Position numbers and translations under genes: made by a program. A model generated the notes under the pieces. The model was not told the origin of the DNA. It was given only the letters and a program-made list of their open reading frames with translations, and ran no database searches. This document shows, in pieces, positions 1-10,319 of a DNA stretch of 32,000 nt. This stretch comes from Mycobacterium leprae TN (lineage in GTDB: Bacteria > Actinomycetota > Actinomycetes > Mycobacteriales > Mycobacteriaceae), in contig NC_002677.1 in NCBI RefSeq assembly GCF_000195855.1, positions 1,050,001-1,082,000 on the forward strand, given 5' to 3'. Every line of letters starts with the position of its first letter. Positions within the stretch are counted from its first letter, which is position 1.

Positions 1-45
1 TGGGCGACTAGCACCGAATCGCCGGGGAATTTCAAAAACATCGGT

Positions 46-91
46 AGCATGACATCGATGGTGGGGCATCACACACTATCGATGTCATGCT
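46..91. repeat. Inverted repeat, 14-bp perfect arms, 18-nt loop
   Basis: AGCATGACATCGAT (46-59) ... ATCGATGTCATGCT (78-91). Confidence 0.8.
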
Positions 92-331
92 GATGCCGGT
101 GAGGTGCGCGATCTGGAGTCCGGGTGTTGAGCTATGGGTTGACCTAGAGTGGCGAGGTAACCCAGCCTAGTGCCGCCGCGGACTTTGATCGCGCCGATCT
201 CGGTGATCGCAATCGGGGCAGTTCCCTCGGTACTGGTCGTACGTACGTCAGTGGTTTCGAGGATCCACCACTACAACAGTGGTCTCGAGCAACGGCAGCT
301 TTTCTGGGCCCCGGCTGTTGCCAGTACGCCG

Positions 332-372
332 GCCTGACTGGTGCGACTCAGGCTGAGTCGCACCAGTCAGGC
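332..372. terminator. Strong hairpin: perfect 20-bp arms, 1-nt spacer; possible non-canonical terminator
   Basis: GCCTGACTGGTGCGACTCAG (332-351), G, CTGAGTCGCACCAGTCAGGC (353-372). No clear T-tract follows, so the terminator role is inferred. Confidence 0.5.
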
Positions 373-962
373 TTATGGCCGTGGCGTTAAGCAGACCCAC
401 CGGACAGTGTCACGGCCATCGTTATGCGAAGGCAGTCCAGAGGTGTCGGTGCCGATGTCTAGCGTGCGAACAGTTCGACCTAGTTAGCTTGACCAACTTG
501 ACCCGAGAGACTCACCCTAATTGCACAAAGCACCACATTGTATAGCAAAGGCGTCGCAGTGCTCGAGCCGAATGCGTCGGTGATTATCGATTGTGATGAC
601 TGGCGCGATGCGGGTCCGGTACGGGATGCCACAACTATGTATCAGCGTGCTATTGGGAGTGTCGGAGACTCTGTTGCAGGATGAACGTGCTGTTTTGGTA
701 GTGCTCATCGACGTCGGATTGGCGCTCCGGTTACGGGCGTGCCGATTCGCGGCAAGCACCGGTTCGGGTTCTCTTGAGTGCCTGGGCTCGTCAAAACCCC
801 CTGGTTCGCCGGTTTTCCGGTGCGATGCTCTCAAGCGGGTGACTGAAATCTTTCTATTTTCTTAACGATCACATTTGGACAACGTCGATATCATTTCGTA
901 ACCTGTTTGAGATCTAAAGCCCGCTCAATGGCCAAGTGCCTTTGGCAGTTTAAGGAAAAGCT

Positions 963-2087
963 TTGAGACTTGGCTGCAAGCATCCGGTTGTGCGCCTGAT
1001 TGCGCACTTTGTTGTCGGAACGCTAGTAGGGTTCGCTGTGTTATCTCGTTTCTTTGTCGCTACCGCGATGGCTGACCCTGCTGAGGACGCGCTGGCAAAA
1101 CTTAACGAGCTGTCCCGCCAAGCTGAGCAGACCACCGAAGCGGTGCACAGCGCGCAACTTGATCTGACTGAGAAGTTGGCAGCTCAGCGGGCGGCAGACA
1201 AGAAGTACACGGACGACCAAGCTGCTCTGGCGGACGCCCAGGTGCGCTTGGCCACTTTCCAGGCTGCGGTCAACAAACTTGCTGCCGCTACGTATATGAG
1301 TGGTCGTATAAACGGCATGACCGCTCTATTGACAGCATACTCACCGCAACAATTGATCAACAAGTTGGCCCTACAGCGAGTGCTGGGTGTTCAAATGGCT
1401 ACACAGATGGCCGGTTACCGGGACGCCGGGGAGCAGGCTGTTAAGGCAGAGCAGACATCCGCTAAGTCCGCCGCTGACGCTAAGCACGCGGCCGACCAGG
1501 CTGCCGTGGTACGGGCGGGCTTGCAGTCTAAGCAGAGTAAGTTGCAGCTCCAGATTGCGGTCGTCAAGTCGCACTACCTTTCGTTGTCGCCTAGGCAACG
1601 TACCACGCTTGCAGAGCCCGGGCCAGTCCCGGCGGTGGCTACTTTGCCCGGTGCGGCATCAGCTGGCGTTAGCCCGCCACCTGATGCCGCACCACCCGGC
1701 GGATTACTCGGGGTTGCTCCAGCCCCTTTCGCAGGTGGTGGCGACCGCGCGGCTGTTGTGCAGGCGGCACTGACCCAAATCGGAAGTCCATATGCTTGGG
1801 GTGGCGCGGCGCCCGGTGGATTCGACTGCTCCGGACTGGTGATGTGGGCTTACCAGCAGGCCGGCATTGCGCTGCCTCACTCCAGCCAGGCTCTGGCCCG
1901 CGGTGGTCAGCCGGTGTCGCTGTCGGAACTGCAGCCCGGTGATGTGCTGACCTTCTATTCGGACGCGTCGCATGCCGGCATCTACGTTGGTGACGGTATG
2001 ATGATCCATTCATCCACCTACGGTGTGCCGGTGCGGGTGGTGCCGATGAATTCGTCGGGTCCGATCTACGACGCCCGCCGCTACTAA
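963..2087 (+). CDS. ripC: NlpC/P60 peptidoglycan hydrolase (Rv2190c/RipC-like)
   Basis: 374-aa ORF with N-terminal hydrophobic segment, coiled-coil region (LNELSRQAEQTTEAVHSAQLDL), Pro-rich linker and C-terminal NlpC/P60 domain with GGFDCSGLVMWAYQQ, HAGIYVGDG and HSSTYG. TTG start. Confidence 0.93.
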   Translation: MRLGCKHPVVRLIAHFVVGTLVGFAVLSRFFVATAMADPAEDALAKLNELSRQAEQTTEAVHSAQLDLTEKLAAQRAADKKYTDDQAALADAQVRLATFQAAVNKLAAATYMSGRINGMTALLTAYSPQQLINKLALQRVLGVQMATQMAGYRDAGEQAVKAEQTSAKSAADAKHAADQAAVVRAGLQSKQSKLQLQIAVVKSHYLSLSPRQRTTLAEPGPVPAVATLPGAASAGVSPPPDAAPPGGLLGVAPAPFAGGGDRAAVVQAALTQIGSPYAWGGAAPGGFDCSGLVMWAYQQAGIALPHSSQALARGGQPVSLSELQPGDVLTFYSDASHAGIYVGDGMMIHSSTYGVPVRVVPMNSSGPIYDARRY

Positions 2088-2101
2088 ACGCCTCGAACTG
2101 A

Positions 2102-2137
2102 GCTCACCTGCGCCAGGCTAGCCTGGCGCAGGTGAGC
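2102..2137. repeat. Perfect 36-bp palindrome between ripC and pimB', overlapping the pimB' GTG start
   Basis: GCTCACCTGCGCCAGGCTAGCCTGGCGCAGGTGAGC equals its own reverse complement. The GTG start of the next ORF is 2132-2134. Confidence 0.9.
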
Positions 2138-3286
2138 CGGGTCCTGCTGGTAACCAATGATTTTCCGCCCCGCCGTGGTGGCATCCAATCCTATCTGGGG
2201 GAGTTTGTAGATCGTCTGATCAACATCGGGTCGCATGACGTGATGGTGTACGCACCGCAATGGACCGGTGCCGATACCTTTGACAACGCTGCCCATGATG
2301 GCGGCTATCAGGTAGTGCGCCATCCAGGCACGTTGATGCTGCCCGGCCCGGCGGTCGATGCCCGGATGCGCCGGCTGATTGTTGACCATGGTATCGACAC
2401 TGTGTGGTTCGGCTCGGCAGCGCCGCTGGCTCTGCTGGCGCCGTGTGCCCGAAAGGCGGGAGCGACCCGGGTGTTGGCTAGCACACACGGCCACGAAGTG
2501 GGCTGGTCGATGCTGCCGGTTGCACGCTCGGTGTTGCGTCGCATCGGTGACGTTACCGACGTTGTGACCTTTGTCAGCCGTTACACGCGATCGCGTGTAA
2601 CGGCTGCCTTCGGACCCAGGGCTGCGTTGGAATACCTCCCGCCAGGTGTGGACGCCGATCGATTCCGGCCCGATCCGGCGAGCCGAGCCGAGCTACGTAA
2701 CCGTTACCGGTTGGGTGAGAGGCCAACCGTTGTGTGCCTGGCGCGGTTGGTGCCGCGTAAAGGCCAGGACATGTTGATCAGGGCATTACCATCGATCCGG
2801 CAGCGGGCCGACGGGGCCGCGTTGATGATTGTTGGGGGCGGCCCGTATCTTGGAACGCTGCGTAAGTTGGCCCAGGGGTGTGGGGTTGCCGACCACGTGA
2901 TATTCGCCGGAGGCGTGGCGGCTGTCGAGGTACCCGCTCACTACACGCTGGCTGATGTATTTGCAATGCCATGCCGCACCCGCGGCGGAGGCATGGACGT
3001 CGAGGGTTTGGGCATCGTGTTCCTGGAGGCCTCGGCTACCGGCGTGCCGGTAATCGCTGGAAAATCCGGCGGAGCTCCGGAAGCTGTGCAGCACAACAAG
3101 ACTGGACTAGTAGTTGACGGCCGGTCGGTGAATATGGTGGCTGACGCAGTCACCGAGTTACTGACCGATCGTGACCGGGCCGCTGCTATGGGCGCAGCCG
3201 GACGGCACTGGGTAACCGCCGAGTGGCGTTGGGACACGCTGGCAGCTCGGTTGGCGGATCTGCTGTGTGGCAACGACAGCCGCTAG
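2132..3286 (+). CDS. pimB: GT4 glycosyltransferase, mannosyltransferase PimB' type (Rv2188c-like)
   Basis: 384-aa ORF: [14 protein letters not shown] at the N-terminus, [20 protein letters not shown], and [21 protein letters not shown] (GT4 signature). Confidence 0.9.
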   Translation: MSRVLLVTNDFPPRRGGIQSYLGEFVDRLINIGSHDVMVYAPQWTGADTFDNAAHDGGYQVVRHPGTLMLPGPAVDARMRRLIVDHGIDTVWFGSAAPLALLAPCARKAGATRVLASTHGHEVGWSMLPVARSVLRRIGDVTDVVTFVSRYTRSRVTAAFGPRAALEYLPPGVDADRFRPDPASRAELRNRYRLGERPTVVCLARLVPRKGQDMLIRALPSIRQRADGAALMIVGGGPYLGTLRKLAQGCGVADHVIFAGGVAAVEVPAHYTLADVFAMPCRTRGGGMDVEGLGIVFLEASATGVPVIAGKSGGAPEAVQHNKTGLVVDGRSVNMVADAVTELLTDRDRAAAMGAAGRHWVTAEWRWDTLAARLADLLCGNDSR

Positions 3287-5085
3287 TCCTTTTCGTAGAT
3301 CGCCTCAATGTCGGAGGCGAACTTCTGGGCGACCACATTGCGCTTCACTTTCATCGTCGGCGTCAGTTCGCCGGTCTGCTCGGTGAAATCAACCGGCAAA
3401 ATGCGGAATTTGCGGATCGACTCAGCATGTGACACCGACAGGTTGGCCTGTTTGACAGCCGCGTCCACCTCGGCCACCAAGTCGGGGTCGGTGGTAAGGT
3501 CGCCTATCGCCGCGTCGGCTGCCTTGCTGTTGCGCTGCTTCCAACCATTGAAGGCCTCGGGGTCGATGGTGATTAGCGCACCTACGAACGGCTTGGCGTC
3601 CCCGACGACCAGCGCCTGGCTGATCAGCGGGTGAGCCCGCAACTGATCTTCTAATAATGCGGGGGCAACATTCTTTCCGCCGGCGGTGACGATGATCTCC
3701 TTCTTACGGCCAGTGATGGTCAAGAAGCCGTCTTCGTCGATAGCACCGAGATCGCCTGTCTTAAACCAGCCCTCGGTAAACGCCTCGATGGTCCCTTGTT
3801 CGTTGTGCCAATAGCCGCTGAACACCACATTGCCGCGTACCAACAGCTCGCCGTCGTCTGCGATGCGCATACTGTTGCCCGGCAGCAGATTTCCAACGGT
3901 CCCGACCTTAACGTTGCCGGCCTGGTTAAGTGTGATGGCAGCACTGGTCTCGGTCAGTCCATAGCCCTCGTGGATGGTGAGGCCCACCCCACGATAGAAG
4001 TGGCCTAGTCTCGCGCCCAAGGGTGCGCCGCCCGACACCGACGCATGGCAATCACCGCCAAGCGCTGCGCGCAACTTGCGGTAGACTAGCCGGTCAAACA
4101 CCGCGTGCCTGGCGCGCAGCAGAAGCCCTGGACCGCCGCGGTGGGAGGCTTCGCTCCACTCGACTGCCGTCTGTGCGGCCATCGCGAAGATTCGACTTTT
4201 GCCCTCGTTGGCTGCGTTTTGCTCAGCGGTATTGTACACTTTCTCGAATACCCGCGGCACGGACACCACCACGGTTGGCTTAAACACCGCTAACATCGGC
4301 AGCAGATTCTTGATGTCGCTGGTGAACCCGACGGTCATCTTGTAGGTGAAGGCAGACAGGGTAAGCGCTCGGGCCAGTACGTGAGCCAATGGCAGGAAAA
4401 CCAGCAGTCGCTGGCCGGGCTGCAGCAACGTCGGGAGGCATTCCTTGGCACCCCGGACTTCATAGAGCAGGTTGGAGTGTGTGAGTTGACAGCCTTTGGG
4501 GCGACCAGTGGTGCCCGAGGTATAGATAAGTGTCGCTGGGTCCTGGGCGCGTAACGTCTTGAGCCGGTTTGCCAGCTGAGCCACGTCGACCGATGCGCCG
4601 GCTTCAGCGAGTTGGTCGAGCGCCGTAGCGCCTGCGCTGTTGATCTGTAACACCTGACGTAGGGCGGGCAGTTCGCCGGCAAGCTGATTGACCATTGTCG
4701 CGTGTGCATCGGTCTCTGCGAACACCAATACCGCGTCTGAGTCCTGCAGTATCCAGCGTACCTGCTTGGCTGACGAGGTTTCGTAGATAGGTACGGTCAC
4801 CGCGCCCACGGATAGGATCGCCAGGTCGAGGATTGCCCACTCGAAGCAGGTGGCCGAGAAGATGGATACCCGGTCGCCTGCCTGCATCCCCAGCGCGATC
4901 AAACCAAGTGCTGCGGAGCGAATTTGACTGGCCGCTTCGGCGCATGTGACGTCGGTCCAGACGCCGTCGATTTGGCGTTGATATATGACCAAGTTGGGGT
5001 CATCGCGCTCGTGCTCGAAGACCACGGCCGCGATGTTGTCGTGCTCGCCGACGGAAAATCGGGTTGGGACGCTGAACTCACGCAC
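3283..5085 (-). CDS. fadD15: Long-chain fatty-acid-CoA ligase (FadD15-like)
   Basis: ORF 3283..5139 with AMP-binding motif [14 protein letters not shown] and C-terminal [37 protein letters not shown]. Start set at an internal GTG ([17 protein letters not shown]). Confidence 0.92.
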   Translation of the reverse strand: MREFSVPTRFSVGEHDNIAAVVFEHERDDPNLVIYQRQIDGVWTDVTCAEAASQIRSAALGLIALGMQAGDRVSIFSATCFEWAILDLAILSVGAVTVPIYETSSAKQVRWILQDSDAVLVFAETDAHATMVNQLAGELPALRQVLQINSAGATALDQLAEAGASVDVAQLANRLKTLRAQDPATLIYTSGTTGRPKGCQLTHSNLLYEVRGAKECLPTLLQPGQRLLVFLPLAHVLARALTLSAFTYKMTVGFTSDIKNLLPMLAVFKPTVVVSVPRVFEKVYNTAEQNAANEGKSRIFAMAAQTAVEWSEASHRGGPGLLLRARHAVFDRLVYRKLRAALGGDCHASVSGGAPLGARLGHFYRGVGLTIHEGYGLTETSAAITLNQAGNVKVGTVGNLLPGNSMRIADDGELLVRGNVVFSGYWHNEQGTIEAFTEGWFKTGDLGAIDEDGFLTITGRKKEIIVTAGGKNVAPALLEDQLRAHPLISQALVVGDAKPFVGALITIDPEAFNGWKQRNSKAADAAIGDLTTDPDLVAEVDAAVKQANLSVSHAESIRKFRILPVDFTEQTGELTPTMKVKRNVVAQKFASDIEAIYEKD

Positions 5086-5259
5086 TCCATTGACCTCGCT
5101 TGACCTTGAGACGTTTCCAGGGCCGGCTTGCTGTCGCACAGCCTAGCCGAGCGTTCATAGCGGACGGAGGTGATTGGTCAGGGTAGCACTCCAGCTTGGC
5201 CGCCGGCTCGTCTCTGTACCCCACCCCTTAGGTAGGTTAAGTGTGTGAAGCTGAGGCCT

Positions 5260-5667
5260 ATGAATTCCACGAACAGCATTCAGATTGCAGACGAGACGTA
5301 TGTTGCTGCCGACCGTGCACTGATAGGTGCCGCGGTCGCTGATCGGTCGAGCTGGCACCGGTGGTGGCCTGATTTGCGGCTGCAGGTTGTTGAGGACCGG
5401 GCGGAAAAGGGGATCCGGTGGGCGGTGACGGGCACCCTGACCGGCACTATGGAGATCTGGCTGGAACCCTTAACGGAGGAGCTGGACGGAGTGGTGTTGC
5501 ATTATTTCCTGCATGCTGAACCGGCCGGGGTAGCGGCCTGGCAGTTGGCCAAGATGAATATGGCCAAAGTGACGCATCGCCGCAGGGTGGCAGGCAAAGC
5601 AATGGCTTTTGAAGTGAAAAAGACACTCGAACGGTCGCGCTCCATTGGGGTTTCTCCGGTAATTTAA
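5260..5667 (+). CDS. SRPBCC/polyketide-cyclase-like protein (Rv2186c-like)
   Basis: ORF 5245..5667, internal ATG MNSTNSIQIADETYVAAD; DRSSWHRWWPDLRLQVVEDR motif typical of mycobacterial SRPBCC paralogues. Confidence 0.75.
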   Translation: MNSTNSIQIADETYVAADRALIGAAVADRSSWHRWWPDLRLQVVEDRAEKGIRWAVTGTLTGTMEIWLEPLTEELDGVVLHYFLHAEPAGVAAWQLAKMNMAKVTHRRRVAGKAMAFEVKKTLERSRSIGVSPVI

Positions 5668-5785
5668 CTCCGATGAATGTTGGTTCGAGTAGAGTACCGT
5701 TTCCGGCGAGGGAATCGAGAGACTCTCTCAAGATGACCGCGGTCGACCCGCTTTGCGGGAAGGGAACTGGAAAGGGTTTATCTAG

Positions 5786-6220
5786 GTGGCAGATAAAACG
5801 ACGCAAACGTTCTACATCGATGCGAATCCAGGTGAGGTGATGAAGACGATTGCTGACATCGAATCCTACCCGCAATGGATTTCGGAATACAAGGAAGTCG
5901 AAGTTTTAGAGGTTGACGACGAGGATTTCCCGAAGCGGGCGCGCATGTTGATGGACGCAAAGATTTTCAAAGACACCCTGATTATGTCCTATGACTGGAC
6001 AGCGGACCACCAATCGGTTAGCTGGATTCTCGAATCGAGCTCGCTGCTAAAGTCCCTCGAAGGCTCATATCGTTTGGTGCCCAAGGGGTCTACCACCGAG
6101 GTCACCTACGAGCTTGCGGTCGACTTTGCTATCCCAATGATCGGTATGCTCAAACGTAAGGCGGAGCACAGGTTGATTGATGGGGCGTTGAAGGACCTGA
6201 AGAAACGAGTCGAGGGCTGA
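5786..6220 (+). CDS. SRPBCC/START-like protein (TB16.3, Rv2185c-like)
   Basis: 144-aa ORF MADKTTQTFYIDANPGEVMKTIADIESYPQWISEYKEVEVLE, typical coenzyme Q-binding/START fold. Confidence 0.88.
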   Translation: MADKTTQTFYIDANPGEVMKTIADIESYPQWISEYKEVEVLEVDDEDFPKRARMLMDAKIFKDTLIMSYDWTADHQSVSWILESSSLLKSLEGSYRLVPKGSTTEVTYELAVDFAIPMIGMLKRKAEHRLIDGALKDLKKRVEG

Positions 6221-6240
6221 GTGACTCCAGTAGATTCCGG

Positions 6241-7488
6241 GTGCCGGCTTCGGCCCAGATCAGTCTTTTCGTTGGCAAAGGCGGGGTAGGAAAGTCCACC
6301 CTGGCGGCTGCCACAGCGGTACGTGATGCGGGAGAGGGCCGGCGGGTGTTGGTGGTCTCCACAGACCAGGCGCATTCGCTGGGTGATGTGCTAGGTGTTG
6401 TGGTCGCGCCCACCGGTCACGGCAACCCGGTTCGGGTGCTTGGCTGTGACGCTGAGGCGGGTGGCGGCTTTCTCGACGCGCTAGCACTGGATACATTAGC
6501 CTTACTCGAGGCCCGGTGGTGTGATGTAGTCGACGCCTTGGACCGGAGATTTCCCGAGTCCGAGTTGGGCAGCATTGCCCCCGAAGAACTTTCAGCGTTG
6601 CCGGGTATCCAGGAGATGCTCGGTTTGTACACGGTAGGCGAGTTTGCGACAGCTGGGCGATGGGATCGCATTGTGGTCGACTGCGCCTCGACCGCAGATG
6701 TGTTGCGTATGTTAACTCTGCCCTCCACCGTGGGTCTCTATGTGGAGCGTGCGTGGCCACGCCATCGCAGGCTCAGCATTGCTGCCGGCGACGCCCCATC
6801 GGCGGCGGTGGTTGAGTTGTTAGAGCGCATCAGCACCAGCGTTGAGCGGCTTGGTGCATTGCTGACTGATGGTTCGCTAGTCAGTGCGCACCTGGTACTG
6901 ACTCCGGAGCGGGTGGTCGCTGCTGAGGCGGTTCGAACGCTTGGTTCGTTGGCGCTGATGGGCATACGGGTCGAGGAGTTGATCGTCAATCAGGTGCTGG
7001 TAAGAAATAAGTTTTATGAATACCGAAGCCTGCTTGATCACCCGGTGTTCTGCTGGTATACAGAACGCATCTGTGAGCAACGCGCCGTCCTCGACAATCT
7101 TGACTCTACCATCGGTGACGTAGCGCTGGTAGTAATTCCGTATTTGTCCGGGGAACCGATCGGCCCCAAGGCGCTGGCCGAGCTGTTGGATGTTGCTCAT
7201 CGTCGGCGCGGACCCGCTCCGATGGGTCCGTTACGTCCTATTGTTGACCTAGAATCGGGATCGGGGCTGGAGTCTGTATACCGATTGCGACTAGCGTTAC
7301 CCCAGCTCGATTTCGCAGCGTTGACCCTGGGGCGGGTCGATGACGATCTGATCATCAGTGCTGGCGGGACCCGGTGCAGAGTTCGGTTGGCCTCTGTCCT
7401 GCGCCGGTGCATGGTGCTGGGTGCGCAGCTGCGAGGCAGCGAGTTAACAGTTCGTTTTCGACCGGATCCGGAGGTGTGGCCGATATGA
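6241..7488 (+). CDS. ArsA/GET3-like anion-transporting ATPase (Rv2184c-like)
   Basis: 415-aa ORF with deviant Walker A FVGKGGVGKSTLAAATAV and VVSTDQAHSLGDVLG. Confidence 0.88.
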   Translation: MPASAQISLFVGKGGVGKSTLAAATAVRDAGEGRRVLVVSTDQAHSLGDVLGVVVAPTGHGNPVRVLGCDAEAGGGFLDALALDTLALLEARWCDVVDALDRRFPESELGSIAPEELSALPGIQEMLGLYTVGEFATAGRWDRIVVDCASTADVLRMLTLPSTVGLYVERAWPRHRRLSIAAGDAPSAAVVELLERISTSVERLGALLTDGSLVSAHLVLTPERVVAAEAVRTLGSLALMGIRVEELIVNQVLVRNKFYEYRSLLDHPVFCWYTERICEQRAVLDNLDSTIGDVALVVIPYLSGEPIGPKALAELLDVAHRRRGPAPMGPLRPIVDLESGSGLESVYRLRLALPQLDFAALTLGRVDDDLIISAGGTRCRVRLASVLRRCMVLGAQLRGSELTVRFRPDPEVWPI

Positions 7489-7877
7489 GTGGGGGTTATG
7501 CCGACATCGGTCCGGAACTGCGCAAGCTTGCCCAGATGACCCTGGATGGGATCGGCCCTGCAGTGCGGTCCGCAGCGGCATTGGTGGCGGGTGCTAGAGG
7601 CACTGGCAAATGCCAGCAGGCGTGGTGCCCAGTATGCGCACTGACCGCGTTGGTCATTGGTGAACAGCATCCGTTGTTGACTGTCATCGCCGACCACAGT
7701 GTCGCTCTGCTGGATGTGATTCGCGCCATTGTCGACGACATCGATCAGTCGAATAAAATTCCGCCGGACAGCCCGCACGGCGGGGGCCTGGACACCGAGA
7801 CACCAGCTCAAACCAACACATCTAACGGCACAGTGCGGAGACGCTACCAGCCCATACCCGTTAGTGTCGAGGATTGA
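7485..7877 (+). CDS. Conserved hypothetical protein (Rv2183c-like)
   Basis: In-frame ATG MSGGYADIGPELRKLAQMTLDG within ORF 7374..7877. ATGA overlap with the preceding stop. CxxC motif (CPVCALTALV). Confidence 0.75.
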   Translation: MSGGYADIGPELRKLAQMTLDGIGPAVRSAAALVAGARGTGKCQQAWCPVCALTALVIGEQHPLLTVIADHSVALLDVIRAIVDDIDQSNKIPPDSPHGGGLDTETPAQTNTSNGTVRRRYQPIPVSVED

Positions 7878-7962
7878 TTGGCGGAGTGGTTGAAGTGGTC
7901 CTGCCCATCATGGATCGGTAAAGTTGGCGCAGAACACCGTCTGGTTCGGGAGAGAGAGGGCC

Positions 7963-8697
7963 ATGTGGTACTGGCTATTCAAGTACATTTTCATGGGTCC
8001 CGCGCTTTCCGTGCTTGGTCGACCGAAAGTCGAAGGCCTGGAATATGTCCCGAGTTCTGGTCCGGCGATCCTGGCCAGTAATCATCTCGCAGTGGCGGAC
8101 AGTTTTTATCTGCCGCTTGTGGTACGCCGCCGGATCACCTTCTTGGCGAAATCGGAATACTTCACCGGCACCGGCTTGAAAGGCTGGTTCACCAGTTGGT
8201 TCTACCGCGCTACTGGCCAAGTGCCCATCGACCGCACTGACGCCGACACAGCCGAGGCCGCGTTGAACACCGCTGAGCGGCTGCTTGGTCATGGCAAGTT
8301 GATCGGTATGTATCCTGAGGGCACCCGTTCGCCCGACGGCCGACTGTATAAAGGCAAGACCGGGGTGGCCCGGTTGACTTTGCAGACCGGGGTTCCGGTG
8401 ATACCGGTGGCCATGATCGGCACTAACGTAGTCAATCCTCCGGGAAGCAAAATGTGGCGATTTGGGCGGGTCACCGTCCGTTTTGGCAAGCCGATGGACT
8501 TCTCACGTTTCGAGGGGGCGGCTGGCAACCGAGTCATCGAGAGAGTCATTACCGACGAAGTGATTTACGAGCTGATGGAGCTGTCCGGTCAGGAGTACGT
8601 CGACATTTACGCCGCCAGTGTGAAGGGCCACAGTAGCAGTAGCGGTGCCAAATTGACCAACGAGGCCGTGCGCATACCTGATACCGCTGTGGGATAG
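7963..8697 (+). CDS. 1-acyl-sn-glycerol-3-phosphate acyltransferase family (Rv2182c-like)
   Basis: Internal ATG MWYWLFKYIFMGPALSVLG in ORF 7924..8697; PlsC-family motifs ASNHLAVADSFYLP, MYPEGTRSPDGRLYKGKTG and VIPVAMIGT. Confidence 0.9.
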   Translation: MWYWLFKYIFMGPALSVLGRPKVEGLEYVPSSGPAILASNHLAVADSFYLPLVVRRRITFLAKSEYFTGTGLKGWFTSWFYRATGQVPIDRTDADTAEAALNTAERLLGHGKLIGMYPEGTRSPDGRLYKGKTGVARLTLQTGVPVIPVAMIGTNVVNPPGSKMWRFGRVTVRFGKPMDFSRFEGAAGNRVIERVITDEVIYELMELSGQEYVDIYAASVKGHSSSSGAKLTNEAVRIPDTAVG

Positions 8698-8704
8698 GCC
8701 TTGA

Positions 8705-9991
8705 TCAGCTGGCAGTCGACACCGGCGTCAGCAGCGTCTGTGTTGCCGAATCCTGCGACGTCACGCGGGTAGTCACGGTAAGCCCAGTAGCAACAATGAC
8801 TGCCAACGCCCACCACACATAGGACATCCCGGCAAGTTGGCGCCACCACACCGCGGTTGTCTCCTGATGTTGCGGAAGCAGGCCGATGGGTGTCCATCTC
8901 ATCAGCGCCACTCCGGCGGCGCTGATCACCGCCACAGCCACGTTCTGCCGTCGCCAGCTCAAGATTCCTGTTACCAGCACTGCCGGCAGCATCCATACCC
9001 AGTGGTGGGACCACGACACTGGCGAAACCACCAACCCAAACAAGGCGACGCAGATTACCGCCAGCATTGGCTCGCCAGCTCGCAATACCCGTAACATCGC
9101 CCATGCGGTTGCGGCCAGCACGAGCAAGCAACCGGCCGCCCAGAGCAGGAAGCGCTCGTGCTCCCCAAGCCCGAGCCTAGCGAGGGCACCCGCGATGTTC
9201 TGGTCGGTGTTTAATGCCGCGGCACCGATCCGTTCGGTGTTGTGTACGGTGTGAGTCCAGTATTCCCATGAATCCCGCCACGCTAGCACGAAACCAACCA
9301 GCGTCGCGCCTGCGAAGGATGCCCAAGACGTCAGTGCCGCGCGGTTGTCGCGGCGCAGCACGAAGTAGAGCAGGAATACCGCTGGAGTGAGTTTCAGGGC
9401 GATGCCCAACCCCAGCATCAGCCCGCGTGGCCATGGCGTGCGCCGTGGCACGCAGTCAGCGATCACTAGAGTCATCAGCACGACGTTTATCTGGCCGAAG
9501 GCGAAGTTCGAACTGATTGGCTCTAACCAGATCGCTGCCGGAGAGACGATGATCACTGCCAACCACAACCGGCGCAGCCAGGCCGGCCCGGGCACCGCTC
9601 GCGACATGGCCCACACGTCCAGGCGGGTCAGTACGATTATCGTCGAGACGATTAGCAACATCAACGTTGTCAGCGTGATTGCCACGCTGGCGGCCGGCAT
9701 GTGTAACCAGGCGAACGGGCAGAACGCGATGGCGGCCAACGGGGGGTAGGTGAACGGCAAATTCAGCCCGATGGGTGTGTGGAATAACACATCACCGCTG
9801 TACAGCGGGCGCCCGTCTAGCCAAGCCTGACCGCCCATCTGATAGATGTCAATATCGATGCGGTATGGAGTGTGCCCCAGCAATTGCCAGGCCACTTGTC
9901 CCAGTGCTGTCACAGCTAGCAACCAAAGTAGGCAGCAGCGCCCTATCTGCCTGTGTTTATTGCCCACTTCGGGCGTTTGCTGTCTACTCAT
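8705..9991 (-). CDS. Polyprenyl-phosphate-mannose-dependent alpha-(1->2)-mannosyltransferase, GT87 family (Rv2181-like)
   Basis: Polytopic membrane ORF with [31 protein letters not shown] and [11 protein letters not shown]. Start at ATG 9991 gives 428 aa; the open frame continues to 10294. Confidence 0.87.
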   Translation of the reverse strand: MSRQQTPEVGNKHRQIGRCCLLWLLAVTALGQVAWQLLGHTPYRIDIDIYQMGGQAWLDGRPLYSGDVLFHTPIGLNLPFTYPPLAAIAFCPFAWLHMPAASVAITLTTLMLLIVSTIIVLTRLDVWAMSRAVPGPAWLRRLWLAVIIVSPAAIWLEPISSNFAFGQINVVLMTLVIADCVPRRTPWPRGLMLGLGIALKLTPAVFLLYFVLRRDNRAALTSWASFAGATLVGFVLAWRDSWEYWTHTVHNTERIGAAALNTDQNIAGALARLGLGEHERFLLWAAGCLLVLAATAWAMLRVLRAGEPMLAVICVALFGLVVSPVSWSHHWVWMLPAVLVTGILSWRRQNVAVAVISAAGVALMRWTPIGLLPQHQETTAVWWRQLAGMSYVWWALAVIVATGLTVTTRVTSQDSATQTLLTPVSTAS

Positions 9992-10319
9992 GCCGCAGAA
10001 CAGCGTAATGGGTGTCGCCCTGCTTGCGGTGTGCCACAGCGTGGCTAACAGCACTGTGGGGGAGTGCTGGTTTGCCTTTTTAGGGTGGTCCACTGGTTCG
10101 TGCCTAGGCTGCTGTGCTGGTTCGCTGATGACATCGTCGACTGTGACCGATTGCCATAACGGTGCTGTCTGCTTGTTTTCATCCTGACGTTTTTCGTTAC
10201 CCAAACTTTCGTGCGCTTGATCCTCTACTGTCAACACGCTGGCTGGCTGCCCAGGTGGTGGCAACCGCGCAATATTCACATCGGGTTGGTGCAATAGTCA
10301 CTGCGTGCCGTTCGGCTCG

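Larger units (their letters stand above)
1..962. other. Region without a convincing coding sequence (intergenic or heavily decayed DNA)
   Basis: Only short, mutually overlapping ORFs of low-complexity R/S/T-rich type (517..834 -, 593..865 +). None resembles a known family. Contains two inverted repeats (46-91, 332-372). Confidence 0.5.

Noticed and set aside
517-865. ORFs 517..834 (-) and 593..865 (+) as genes, and weak similarity of 687-760 to the 5' end of ripC
   Set aside because: Compositionally non-coding, and the apparent similarity to the ripC leader is too weak on inspection to support a duplication.
5735-5759. Small dyads GACCGCGGTC and CCCGC-TTT-GCGGG upstream of the TB16.3-like gene
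   Set aside because: Arms of only 5 bp in GC-rich sequence; expected by chance.
7878-7962. tRNA-like look of GGCGGAGTGGTTGAAGTGGTCC...CTGGTTCGGGAG before the acyltransferase gene
   Set aside because: No closing acceptor stem, no proper anticodon stem and no canonical GTTCRAATC T-loop. Judged a chance resemblance.
8607-9131. ORFs on the + or - strand overlapping the mannosyltransferase (8607..9131 -, 8837..9094 +, 8886..9254 +)
   Set aside because: Shadow ORFs in other frames of a well-supported gene; no family motifs.
9991-10294. 101-aa N-terminal extension of the Rv2181-like mannosyltransferase
   Set aside because: Gln/His-rich, non-membrane-like leader. Starting at ATG 9991 gives about the expected family length.
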